From positions 1 to 56,191 of the forward strand of contig JAGFWP010000028.1 in the NCBI GenBank assembly GCA_017639935.1: DNA of 56,191 bases, written 5' to 3'. The position numbers and the translations under genes were made by a program. Below are positions 30,473 through 39,344 of this stretch, one piece after another. Position 1 is the stretch's first letter. Every line of letters starts with the position of its first letter. This DNA is from Pelagibacteraceae bacterium. Lineage in GTDB: Bacteria > Pseudomonadota > Alphaproteobacteria > HIMB59 > GCA-002718135. Below the pieces are notes generated by a model that worked only from the letters and a program-made list of their open reading frames with translations, searched no databases and was not told the origin of the DNA.

Positions 30473-32262
30473 GTTTTTTCAGCCTGTGCGTTGGAAACTT
30501 CACTTGGTGAAATATTTTGAGGAATGTAATCTTCATTTGCGCCAGGAACGCTGAAGTCATAAGCCCATCTATGGACAATTGGTAATTCTTTCTCAAAATT
30601 GCCGTGACCAGGGGGCATTTCGGTTGTTTGCCATTCTAACGAACATGCTTTCCATGGGTTTTTTTCAGCTTTGTCTCCATGTTTAACACTAACTATAAGA
30701 TTATAAAAAAATACAAGTTGGGCAAAACCTGTGACAAGAGCAGCTATTGTAATAAATTGATTGATTCCAACTATAGAGACTGGAAAAGCTTCACCTTCGA
30801 ATACCTCAAAATATCTTCGAGTAACTCCCATGAAACCTAAATAGTGCATAGGGAAATAGATTGAGTATGAACCTAAAAAGGTTATCCAAAAGTGTATTTT
30901 ACCCAAGCGATTGTTTAAAAAACGCCCTGTTATAAGAGGAAACCAGTGGTAGATTGCTCCGTATACCACCAGAACTGGGGCAATGCCCATCACCATGTGA
31001 AAATGAGCAACGACAAAATAAGTATCCGATAAAGGAACATCGACAATCACATTTCCCAAAAACAATCCTGTGAGTCCGCCGTTTGTGAAAGTGATAAGAA
31101 AACCTATGGCGAATAACATTGGAACAGTTAACTGAATATTTCCTCTCCAAAGAGTGAGGACCCAATTATATACTTTAAGGGCTGTGGGAATAGCGATGAT
31201 TAGAGTAGTTGTGGCAAAGAAAAAGCCAAACCACGGATTCATTCCAGCTACATACATGTGATGTGCCCAAACTATAAAGCTAAGAAAGCCGATGATCACA
31301 ATAGCCCACACCATCATTCGATAACCAAAAATGTTTTTTCTTGCATGAACGGAGATGAGATCTGACACTATGCCAAAAGCAGGAAGGGCCACAATATAAA
31401 CTTCAGGGTGTCCAAAGAACCAAAAAAGGTGCTGAAATAAAATCGGACTACCTCCATCATATGCCATTTGTTCACCAAGACCTGCTTCTAAGATAGCAGG
31501 CATAAAAAAACTTGTTCCAAGTATGTTATCTAATAACATCATAATGCCCGCAACAAGAAGGGCTGGAAAAGCAAATAAAGCTAAAACGGTTGCTACAAAA
31601 ATACCCCAGACTGTAAGAGGCAAGCGCATTAAAGTCATACCACGCGTACGAGCTTGCAGTGTAGTAATGACATAATTCAATCCGCCCATTGTAAATCCTA
31701 CAACAAAAACAGCTAAGGAAACTATCATTAAGATTATACCTAGACCGCTACCAGGCGTACCAGACGTTATGGCTTGCGGAGGATACAGCGTCCAGCCTGC
31801 GCCCGTCGGCCCACCAGGGACGAAATAACTTGCCACCAATATCAGCACAGCTAAGAGAAAAACCCAATAGCTTAACATGTTAACATAAGGAAAAACCATA
31901 TCCCTTGCGCCAACCATGAGAGGAATGAGATAATTTCCAAATCCTCCTAAAAAGAGAGCAGTTAAAAGATATATAACCATTATCATGCCATGCATGGTAA
32001 CTAATTGGTAATAAGCAGAAGCATCCATAGGAATAACTCCAGGATATGCAATTTGCATTCTAATTAACCAAGAAGAAACTAAGCCAACCAAACCGATTGC
32101 AATCGCTGTTAACGAATACTGTACAGCTATTACTTTTGCATCTTGACAAAAAATATACCGAGTCCAAAAACTTTTTGCATGGTATAGTTCTTGAGGCTGA
32201 ACTTCTAATGCAGGTACCGCATCATCACCCTTAACAACATCTTCATAACCATTAGCTGCCAT
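30469..32262 (-). CDS. coxN: Cytochrome c oxidase subunit I, family A1, CoxN type
   Basis: TMHG, GWTLYPP, GHPEVY, WAHH, AHFH, TRRY. Confidence 0.9.
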   Translation of the reverse strand: MAANGYEDVVKGDDAVPALEVQPQELYHAKSFWTRYIFCQDAKVIAVQYSLTAIAIGLVGLVSSWLIRMQIAYPGVIPMDASAYYQLVTMHGMIMVIYLLTALFLGGFGNYLIPLMVGARDMVFPYVNMLSYWVFLLAVLILVASYFVPGGPTGAGWTLYPPQAITSGTPGSGLGIILMIVSLAVFVVGFTMGGLNYVITTLQARTRGMTLMRLPLTVWGIFVATVLALFAFPALLVAGIMMLLDNILGTSFFMPAILEAGLGEQMAYDGGSPILFQHLFWFFGHPEVYIVALPAFGIVSDLISVHARKNIFGYRMMVWAIVIIGFLSFIVWAHHMYVAGMNPWFGFFFATTTLIIAIPTALKVYNWVLTLWRGNIQLTVPMLFAIGFLITFTNGGLTGLFLGNVIVDVPLSDTYFVVAHFHMVMGIAPVLVVYGAIYHWFPLITGRFLNNRLGKIHFWITFLGSYSIYFPMHYLGFMGVTRRYFEVFEGEAFPVSIVGINQFITIAALVTGFAQLVFFYNLIVSVKHGDKAEKNPWKACSLEWQTTEMPPGHGNFEKELPIVHRWAYDFSVPGANEDYIPQNISPSEVSNAQAEKT

Positions 32263-32277
32263 TAAATTACTCCTTTA

Positions 32278-33114
32278 TTAATCATTTTTTGAAGCTACTT
32301 TTATTAAATCATTATTTTTATTGAGTGCTAAAGTTTCTTTAAAAGTCATTTGTTCATTTAACCATTCATCATAATCATCTTTTTCATCAACTAGAACTGT
32401 GCCAAGCATAGCATAGTGTGCCGTACCACAATATTCAGCGCATAAAATCTCAAAACTACCTGTTTTTATCGGGGTAAACCAATAAGAAGTAATCATTCCA
32501 GGAATCATATCCATTTTTGCTCGGAATTGAGGCACATAAAAATCATGCAACACATCAAGGGAGCGAAGATTTACTTTCAAAGGTTGATTTAATAATATGT
32601 GAAGTTCATCACCGTCAATCAAGATGTCATCAAAACTATGAGGGTCGTCAGTGTTTAAACCGAACATATTCTCATCATTAATATTATTAATATCTGTCGT
32701 GCCTAAAATTCCATCTTGACCAGGCAATCTAAATCCCCATCCCCACTGGTATCCTAAAACTTCAATTTCATATACATCATCTGGAACTGTTACAAATTTG
32801 TTCCACACTATCAAACCTGGAGTAAGCAGAGCTATAACGCCCAAAGCTGTCAATATTGTAAGGATCCATTCTAATCTAGCATTTTCTGGTTCATAATCAG
32901 CTGTTCTGTCTTTATTATATCTATATTTCCACACGCAAAAAGCCACAAACAGGCCTACGGCAACAAACACGACTCCTGTGACCCAGAATGTTAGAAGAAT
33001 TGTACTGTCAATATTGCCCCAGTTAGAAGCTACTTCTGACCACCACCAGGGGGACCAGAAATGAAAAGCCACCGATCCAAGAATTACCAATAGAATGACT
33101 ATAGGGACTATCAT
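32278..33114 (-). CDS. coxM: Cytochrome c oxidase subunit II (CuA), CoxM type
   Basis: ASNWG, DVLHDF, CAEYCGTAHYAM CuA site; start placed at ATG 33114 (GGA upstream) rather than the ORF-track start. Confidence 0.88.
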   Translation of the reverse strand: MIVPIVILLVILGSVAFHFWSPWWWSEVASNWGNIDSTILLTFWVTGVVFVAVGLFVAFCVWKYRYNKDRTADYEPENARLEWILTILTALGVIALLTPGLIVWNKFVTVPDDVYEIEVLGYQWGWGFRLPGQDGILGTTDINNINDENMFGLNTDDPHSFDDILIDGDELHILLNQPLKVNLRSLDVLHDFYVPQFRAKMDMIPGMITSYWFTPIKTGSFEILCAEYCGTAHYAMLGTVLVDEKDDYDEWLNEQMTFKETLALNKNNDLIKVASKND

Positions 33115-33139
33115 TGATCTGTATCCATTAATAGATCTA

Positions 33140-33153
33140 TTGATTTGAATCAA
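33140..33153. promoter_or_regulatory. Perfect FNR/FixK-type box
   Basis: TTGAT-TTGA-ATCAA in the divergent coxM/pseudoazurin intergenic region. Confidence 0.65.
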
Positions 33154-33171
33154 TTTATTTTTTGTAAGGAA

Positions 33172-33185
33172 ATGATATAAATCAA
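33172..33185. promoter_or_regulatory. Second FNR-type box (one mismatch)
   Basis: ATGAT-ATAA-ATCAA, 32 bp from the perfect box. Confidence 0.5.
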
Positions 33186-33327
33186 ATCATTTGTTAACTA
33201 TTTCAAATACTTATCAAGTGCGACCTTTTGTCCTTCTTAATTTTTTTTTATTTTTTTGATTTTATGTTTTTTTTTTAATTTACATAGTAAGGACTCATAT
33301 TTAATTAATTTCTAAGGAGTGATTACA

Positions 33328-33762
33328 ATGAGATATTTCGTCGTATTTTTATTTGGTTTATTTTTTTCAAATTTTGCAGTTGCTGAAGACGTGACTATTG
33401 AAATGCTGAACAAGTTAGACAAACGAAATATGGTTTTTAGTTTAGAGATAGTAAAAATTAATTCAGGTGATACTGTTTTTTGGAAAGCTACGGACAAGGG
33501 CCACAATGTTGAATTTATTTCTAAGGGCGGCGTACCTGACGGAGTGGAAAAATTTAAATCTAAAGTTGGAAAAGATATAGAATTTAATTTTACCATACCT
33601 GGCATTTATGCATACTGGTGCACCCCACACAAAACTATGGGCATGATCGGCTTTGTAATTGTTGATGATGATTTATCTAATTTAGATTCGATAAAAAAAG
33701 TTAAATTTTTAGGCAAATCAAAAAAAATTGCTGCCGCACTGATTGCTGAGTTAGAAGGATAA
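33328..33762 (+). CDS. Pseudoazurin (type 1 blue copper protein)
   Basis: Signal peptide ending AVA, IEMLN..MVF, GHNVE, CTPH..MGM ligands; AAGGAG at 33314-33319. Confidence 0.9.
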   Translation: MRYFVVFLFGLFFSNFAVAEDVTIEMLNKLDKRNMVFSLEIVKINSGDTVFWKATDKGHNVEFISKGGVPDGVEKFKSKVGKDIEFNFTIPGIYAYWCTPHKTMGMIGFVIVDDDLSNLDSIKKVKFLGKSKKIAAALIAELEG

Positions 33763-33780
33763 TAGTTTGTTTATTTGTGC

Positions 33781-34323
33781 ATGAGATATAAGAAAAATAA
33801 ATTCATTATATTTTATGTATTTAACATTATTTTATTATTTGTAATCCTGCTTCTAGCAATACCTGCTTCTAAATTCTTAAATAGAATTAATTTGGATGAT
33901 AACGAATTTGTAACAGGTCAAGTAGTTATCAATCCAAAAGCTGAATCGCCAAAAGTTATCGATCGGACAATGAAGATAAAATTTGTGGCTGAAGTAGACA
34001 GCTTATTAGAATGGGATTTTAAGGCGTTGCAAGACACCATTGAAATTAATGTTGGAGAGAACAGAGTTATTAGCTATGAAGGAAAGAATTTATCTGACAG
34101 GGTAATTACATCAACAGCGAACTTTATTGCTTCGCCTGAATCGATCATACCTTATTTAGTGAAAACAGAGTGTTTTTGTTTCACTGAACAGACACTTGCG
34201 CCAGGGGAGAGCAAAATATTTACATTGGTATTTTACCTTGATCCCTCCTTGGATTCTGACAATAATCTTAATGATTTAAAAGATCTGGTATTCACATACG
34301 AATTTTCAGAATATAAAAGTTAA
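33781..34323 (+). CDS. ctaG: Cytochrome c oxidase assembly copper chaperone CtaG/Cox11 (divergent)
   Basis: N-terminal TM, KTECFCFTEQTL, FYLDP. Confidence 0.82.
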   Translation: MRYKKNKFIIFYVFNIILLFVILLLAIPASKFLNRINLDDNEFVTGQVVINPKAESPKVIDRTMKIKFVAEVDSLLEWDFKALQDTIEINVGENRVISYEGKNLSDRVITSTANFIASPESIIPYLVKTECFCFTEQTLAPGESKIFTLVFYLDPSLDSDNNLNDLKDLVFTYEFSEYKS

Positions 34324-34357
34324 TCTTTAATTATATTAATTTCTACAAGAGGTTATT

Positions 34358-35725
34358 GTGCATTATTTAAGTACGCGTAACAACGAATTAAAAGAATCAT
34401 TTTTAAACGTTCTTTTTCAAGGCTTGTCCAAAGAAGGTGGCTTGTTTTTACCTTCCGCGTGGCCATCAATTTCTATTGAAAACTTGAGAGGAAAAAATTA
34501 TCAAGAAATTGCCCACGCTGTCATCAGTCCATTTGTTCAAGAAGATATCTCTGATGAAGATTTAGTCTTAATAGTAAATAAAACGTATCAAAGTTTCAAT
34601 CCTAAGAGCATAGCCCCATTAGTTAACATTGAAAAAAATAAATATATCTTAGAACTTTTTTACGGACCAACGCTTGCCTTTAAAGATTATGCATTACAAT
34701 TTTTAGGAAATTTATTTTCACATGTGTTGGAAAACTCAAATAGAAAAATCACAGTACTGGGCGCCACCTCCGGAGATACAGGTTCAGCGGCCATAAATGC
34801 CTTTAAAGGTAAAAACGACATACAAGTTTTTATTTTACATCCACATCAAATGGTGTCAGAAGTTCAGCGTCGTCAAATGACAACAGTCGGAGAAAAGAAC
34901 GTTCATAATATAGCCCTCAAAGGAACTTTTGATGATTGTCAAAAAATTGTTAAAAAACTCTTTCTTGATGATGAATTACAATCAAAGACATCTCTAACAG
35001 CTGTTAATTCAATCAATTGGGCCAGACTAATTGCACAAGCAGTTTATTATTTTTGGGCCTATATTCAGTCAAATCAAGAAAAAGTTAATTTCATTGTTCC
35101 TTCAGGCAATTTTGGAAATGTTTTTTCTGCCAGAATAGCGAAGTTTATGGGTTTGCCAATCGATCATCTACATATTGCTACAAATGAGAATGATATTTTA
35201 CATCGTACAATTAGCGAAGGCAGGATGAGAATAAACAATGTGAAAAAAACACATAGTCCAAGTATGGATATCCAAGTTTCTAGTAATTTTGAGCGCCAAT
35301 TATTTGAGAGTGCAAAAAGAGATAGTGATATGGTGCAAAAAATAATGCAATCATTTGCCGAGACCGGGGAGCAAGTTCTATCAGATCAAATAGTTCAAGA
35401 CATGCAATTAATTTATACCACCCATTCGGTATCCAATTCTCAAACATTAGAAACTATTAAATATTACAATGAACATTATGATTATTTAGCTGATCCCCAT
35501 ACGGCAACAGGGTTATATGTTCTTGAACGAATGAGCAATGAACAACCAGCAATAAGCCTGGCATGTGCCGATCCAGGCAAGTTTGGCAATGCAATAAAAG
35601 AGGCAACCGGGAACCTCCCACATTTTCGACCAGAGTTAGAAAATATCTTTGATCAAGATGAAAAGATGACTATATTAGATAATGACACAGACTTAATCAA
35701 ATCACACATACTAGAATTAATTTAA
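34358..35725 (+). CDS. thrC: Threonine synthase
   Basis: YLSTR, GPTLAFKD (PLP lysine), ATSGDTG, NSINWAR, PSGNFGN. Confidence 0.96.
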   Translation: MHYLSTRNNELKESFLNVLFQGLSKEGGLFLPSAWPSISIENLRGKNYQEIAHAVISPFVQEDISDEDLVLIVNKTYQSFNPKSIAPLVNIEKNKYILELFYGPTLAFKDYALQFLGNLFSHVLENSNRKITVLGATSGDTGSAAINAFKGKNDIQVFILHPHQMVSEVQRRQMTTVGEKNVHNIALKGTFDDCQKIVKKLFLDDELQSKTSLTAVNSINWARLIAQAVYYFWAYIQSNQEKVNFIVPSGNFGNVFSARIAKFMGLPIDHLHIATNENDILHRTISEGRMRINNVKKTHSPSMDIQVSSNFERQLFESAKRDSDMVQKIMQSFAETGEQVLSDQIVQDMQLIYTTHSVSNSQTLETIKYYNEHYDYLADPHTATGLYVLERMSNEQPAISLACADPGKFGNAIKEATGNLPHFRPELENIFDQDEKMTILDNDTDLIKSHILELI

Positions 35726-35729
35726 TATT

Positions 35730-36983
35730 ATGACAAAAGTTACAACTTTAGACAACGGTCTTCGCATAGTTACTCAAAACATGCCAGGGTTAGAAACAGT
35801 AGCCATGGGTATCTGGAATTCTGTAGGAGGCAGAGATGAGTTGGCAAGCGTGAACGGTGTTGCTCATTTTTTAGAACATATGGCTTTTAAAGGAACAACG
35901 ACCAGAACATCTAAACAAATTGCTGAAGCGATTGAAAATGTTGGCGGGGATATCAACGCATACACTTCTACTGAAGCAACAGCCTACCATGTCAGATTGA
36001 TCGCAGAAGACTTGCCCGTGGGCATTGACATATTGACGGATATTTTGCAAAACTCTACTTTTGCAAAAGAAGAATTAGAGGTTGAAAGAGGAGTCATACT
36101 TCAGGAAATAGGCAGAACTTTGGACTCCCCAGATTCAAAGCTGTTTGATCAATTTCAAGAAACAGCGTTTCCCGATCAGCCCATAGGAAGATCACTTCTA
36201 GGCCCTAAAGATATCATAAAAAACATATCCAGAAATGAAATAAAAGATTTTATGACATCAAATTACAATCCAAAAAAAATGGTTGTAAGTGCGGCTGGAA
36301 AAATTGATCATGATGAGTTTGTTGATCGAATATCAAAAGCGTGTCTTAATCTTCCTAAAGGCACAACAGATAACAGGGTTGTTGCAAATTACACAGGGGG
36401 CGAATATCGTGAAGAAAAAGACTTGGAACAAATTCACTTGATAACTTGCTTTAAGGGAACTGACTTGCATCATGAAGATTATTACTCATTGCTGGTATAC
36501 AGTTCATTGTTGGGGGAAGGCATGTCATCCAAGTTGTTTCAAGAAATAAGAGAAAAAAGAGGTCTCGTATATTCCATTTCTTCTTTTGCCTTTCCCTTCA
36601 CTGACACGGGTCTGTTTGGTGTTTACGCTGGCACGGGAGAGAAACAAATTAAAGAACTTATTCCCGTATTGTGTGATGAATTGAAAAATAGCCCTAATTC
36701 AATTTCGGAAAAAGAGATAAACAAAGGCAAGGCACAACTGAAAGCCGGTCTTTTGATGTCAAGAGAAAGAGCTGATAGTCGTTGCAGAACAGCTGCCAAT
36801 CAACTGCTTTGTTTTAACAGAGTCATTGAACCGGAAGAAATTACTAAAAAAATTGATAATGTGACTAAAGAAACTGTTCAAAGAATAGCAACAAACATAC
36901 TGAAGACCCCAATGACAATTGCGAGCATAGGACCTATAAAAAATTTAGAATCTTTAGACCAAACAAAAAAACGATTAAATTAA
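35730..36983 (+). CDS. M16 family zinc peptidase (MPP-like)
   Basis: HFLEH inverted zincin motif, NAYTS, SSKLFQEIREKRGLVY. Confidence 0.93.
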   Translation: MTKVTTLDNGLRIVTQNMPGLETVAMGIWNSVGGRDELASVNGVAHFLEHMAFKGTTTRTSKQIAEAIENVGGDINAYTSTEATAYHVRLIAEDLPVGIDILTDILQNSTFAKEELEVERGVILQEIGRTLDSPDSKLFDQFQETAFPDQPIGRSLLGPKDIIKNISRNEIKDFMTSNYNPKKMVVSAAGKIDHDEFVDRISKACLNLPKGTTDNRVVANYTGGEYREEKDLEQIHLITCFKGTDLHHEDYYSLLVYSSLLGEGMSSKLFQEIREKRGLVYSISSFAFPFTDTGLFGVYAGTGEKQIKELIPVLCDELKNSPNSISEKEINKGKAQLKAGLLMSRERADSRCRTAANQLLCFNRVIEPEEITKKIDNVTKETVQRIATNILKTPMTIASIGPIKNLESLDQTKKRLN

Positions 36984-37010
36984 AGATTTCCGACCTTTTT
37001 TCATTAATAA

Positions 37011-37024
37011 TTGATCTATATCAA
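37011..37024. promoter_or_regulatory. Perfect FNR/FixK-type box
   Basis: TTGAT-CTAT-ATCAA in the intergenic region upstream of the ABC operon. Confidence 0.55.
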
Positions 37025-37057
37025 AAGAAATAAAGAACCGCAATTTAAAGGAATAAC

Positions 37058-37115
37058 TAACAGAAAATTATTTCATTGGTAAAAACTATTTACCAATTAA
37101 AGAAATTATCTGTTA
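37058..37115. repeat. Long imperfect inverted repeat (operator or 5'-UTR hairpin)
   Basis: Core ATTGGTAAA-AACTA-TTTACCAAT (37075-37097), outer arms TAACAGA...TCTGTTA. Confidence 0.6.
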
Positions 37116-37153
37116 ATTTATTTGTTTCGAAAAAATTTTATTATGGAGGAATT

Positions 37154-38395
37154 ATGAATCTAGTAAAAAGAGTCATTTCCATTCTGACAGTGATGGCGGT
37201 AGCAATATCATTTGCTTTACCAGCAGGAGCTAAAGTTGAAGGCGATACTATCATTTTAGGAGCTGCTGTTTCCTTAACAGGTAAATATTCAACAAATGGA
37301 AAACATACTCAAAATGGTTATGAACTAGCTGTTAAAACTATTAACGATGCTGGCGGGGTAACTGTTGGAGGCAAACAATATAAATTTGACATCATCTATT
37401 ATGATGATGAATCAGATAAGGCGCGTGCAGCTGAATTAGCTGAGCGTTTAATTAATCAAGATGGCGTTAAGTATATGCTGGGCCCTTACAGTTCGGGATT
37501 AACAAAAGCGATTGCACCCATTACTGAAAAATATCAAATTCCAATGGTTGAAGCTAACGGAGCTTCACGCTCCTTATTTACCAAAGGATATAAATATTTA
37601 TTCGCTGTTTTATCTGCAGCGAACCAATATTTGGAAGTTGCAATTGACTTAGCGGCTGAAAAAGCAGTTGCTGCTGGCGGCAAAGCTTCTGATGTAAAAG
37701 TTGCTATGGCATTTGAAGGTGATGCTTTTTCACAAGATGTTAAAATTGGTGTCGTTGAGGCAGTTGAGCGTCATGGGATGACAATAGTTGTTGATGATAC
37801 TCTGCCGAAAGAGCTTGATGATATGGCGTCCATTCTGGCTAAAGTAAAAGCAACTAAACCAGATGTTCTTGCTGTGTCAGGTCATTCTAAAGGCGCGATG
37901 ACAGCGATACGTCAAATTTCAGAAATGAAAGTTGATGTTCCTATGTTAGCTATGACGCATTGTGATGCGGCAAAAATTAATAAAAATTTTGAAAATAATG
38001 CGGGTGAATACGCGTTATGCGCTGCACAGTGGCATAAGTCACTAACTTATAGTGATTCATTCTTTGGATCAGCTGGTGATTATGCAAGTACTTTTGCAAG
38101 TGCCTACGATTATGACCCCCCTTATCAATCAGCTGAATCTTCTGCTGCATTGTTAGTGTGGAAGGACGCGTTTGAAAGAGCTAATTCATTTGATACTGAA
38201 AAAGTCCGCGACGCATTGGCCGTAACAGAAATGCAAACGTTTTATGGCAACATCAAATTCAGTGATGGTGGACAAAATATTGCAAAACCGATGGTTCTGT
38301 TTCAAGTACAAAATGGTCAAAATGCAGTTGTAGCGCCAACTAAATGGGCTGCAGCTGATCTTATCTGGCCTGTGCCTAAGTGGTCTGAGAGATAA
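37154..38395 (+). CDS. Liv-type (HAAT family) ABC transporter substrate-binding protein
   Basis: Signal peptide, GAAVSLTG, YDDES, LGPYSS; start at ATG 37154 after GGAGGA. Confidence 0.9.
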   Translation: MNLVKRVISILTVMAVAISFALPAGAKVEGDTIILGAAVSLTGKYSTNGKHTQNGYELAVKTINDAGGVTVGGKQYKFDIIYYDDESDKARAAELAERLINQDGVKYMLGPYSSGLTKAIAPITEKYQIPMVEANGASRSLFTKGYKYLFAVLSAANQYLEVAIDLAAEKAVAAGGKASDVKVAMAFEGDAFSQDVKIGVVEAVERHGMTIVVDDTLPKELDDMASILAKVKATKPDVLAVSGHSKGAMTAIRQISEMKVDVPMLAMTHCDAAKINKNFENNAGEYALCAAQWHKSLTYSDSFFGSAGDYASTFASAYDYDPPYQSAESSAALLVWKDAFERANSFDTEKVRDALAVTEMQTFYGNIKFSDGGQNIAKPMVLFQVQNGQNAVVAPTKWAAADLIWPVPKWSER

Positions 38396-38414
38396 AAAAC
38401 ATTTTACATATTTA

Positions 38415-38441
38415 TCGCCTCCTTTAAATTAAAGGGGGCGA
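38415..38441 (+). terminator. Intercistronic hairpin after the binding-protein gene
   Basis: TCGCCTCCTTTAA-A-TTAAAGGGGGCGA with one G-U pair; no strong U tail. Confidence 0.65.
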
Positions 38442-38450
38442 ATTAACTTT

Positions 38451-39344
38451 ATGGACTTCTTGATTTTTCAATCCCCCTACTTAATGATCCAGGCATTAAT
38501 CGATGGTATTATCCTTGGATCAATTTTTGCCCTGATTGCTTATGGTATGGCCCTTGTGTGGGGAGTGATGAATATCATTAACATCACGCAAGGCGAGTTA
38601 GTCATATTAGGGGGCTATGTTGCATTCGGATTATATAAAATTGGGATTCATCCTTTATACGGTCTCATCGCATCACCTGCCGTGCTCTTTGTTGTGGGAT
38701 GGTGCTTGTATTACATTGTTGTAAACCGTGTTGTGGAAAAAGATTTGTTCATATCCATTCTTGCAACTTTTGGCTTAAGCATCATGATTCAACAACTCAT
38801 GAATATATTTTTTGGCGCTGATGTCCAAGTGGCTGAAGCAAGTCTAGGAACATCATTTTTGTTTGACTACAATGTTACTATTCCAAATATTAAAATTGTC
38901 GCCTTTGTTGTCTCAATAATATCGGCGGGCATTATTGTTCTTTTTATGAAACTGTCTAAAATGGGGCAAGCTATACGGGCGACGGCACAAAATGCCAGAG
39001 CTGCGAAAATTCTGGGCATTAACACTAATCACGTTTACGCCATAACATTTGGATTGAATGCGGCTATTTGCGGTGTTGCGGGGGCGATTGTTTCCATGAC
39101 CTTCACTTTGCATCCTTATATTGGACTTCCTTATACAATTCGCTCGTTCATGATTGTCATTGTAGCAGGATTGGGCAATCTTCCCGCCGTCATAGTATCT
39201 GGCGTGGGCCTTGGTGTTGCTGAACAATATGCTGATTTTTTATTCGGGACCATATTTAGACTAGCATTCGTATTCTCCTTGCTCGTAGTCATACTCATAT
39301 GGCGAAGCTTCCGCCTATCAAAGAAAAGAGAATATTTAAAATGA
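38451..39344 (+). CDS. Liv-type ABC permease (LivH-like)
   Basis: ALIAYGMALVWGVMNIIN, GQAIRATAQN..A..LGIN, VAGLG. Confidence 0.9.
   Translation: MDFLIFQSPYLMIQALIDGIILGSIFALIAYGMALVWGVMNIINITQGELVILGGYVAFGLYKIGIHPLYGLIASPAVLFVVGWCLYYIVVNRVVEKDLFISILATFGLSIMIQQLMNIFFGADVQVAEASLGTSFLFDYNVTIPNIKIVAFVVSIISAGIIVLFMKLSKMGQAIRATAQNARAAKILGINTNHVYAITFGLNAAICGVAGAIVSMTFTLHPYIGLPYTIRSFMIVIVAGLGNLPAVIVSGVGLGVAEQYADFLFGTIFRLAFVFSLLVVILIWRSFRLSKKREYLK

Noticed and set aside
35561-35631. ThrC reads ACADPGKF instead of the usual (T/C)AHPAKF
   Set aside because: Each difference is explicable by a single C-to-G change and the rest of the enzyme is intact; drift or local sequencing error is as likely as a functional change.
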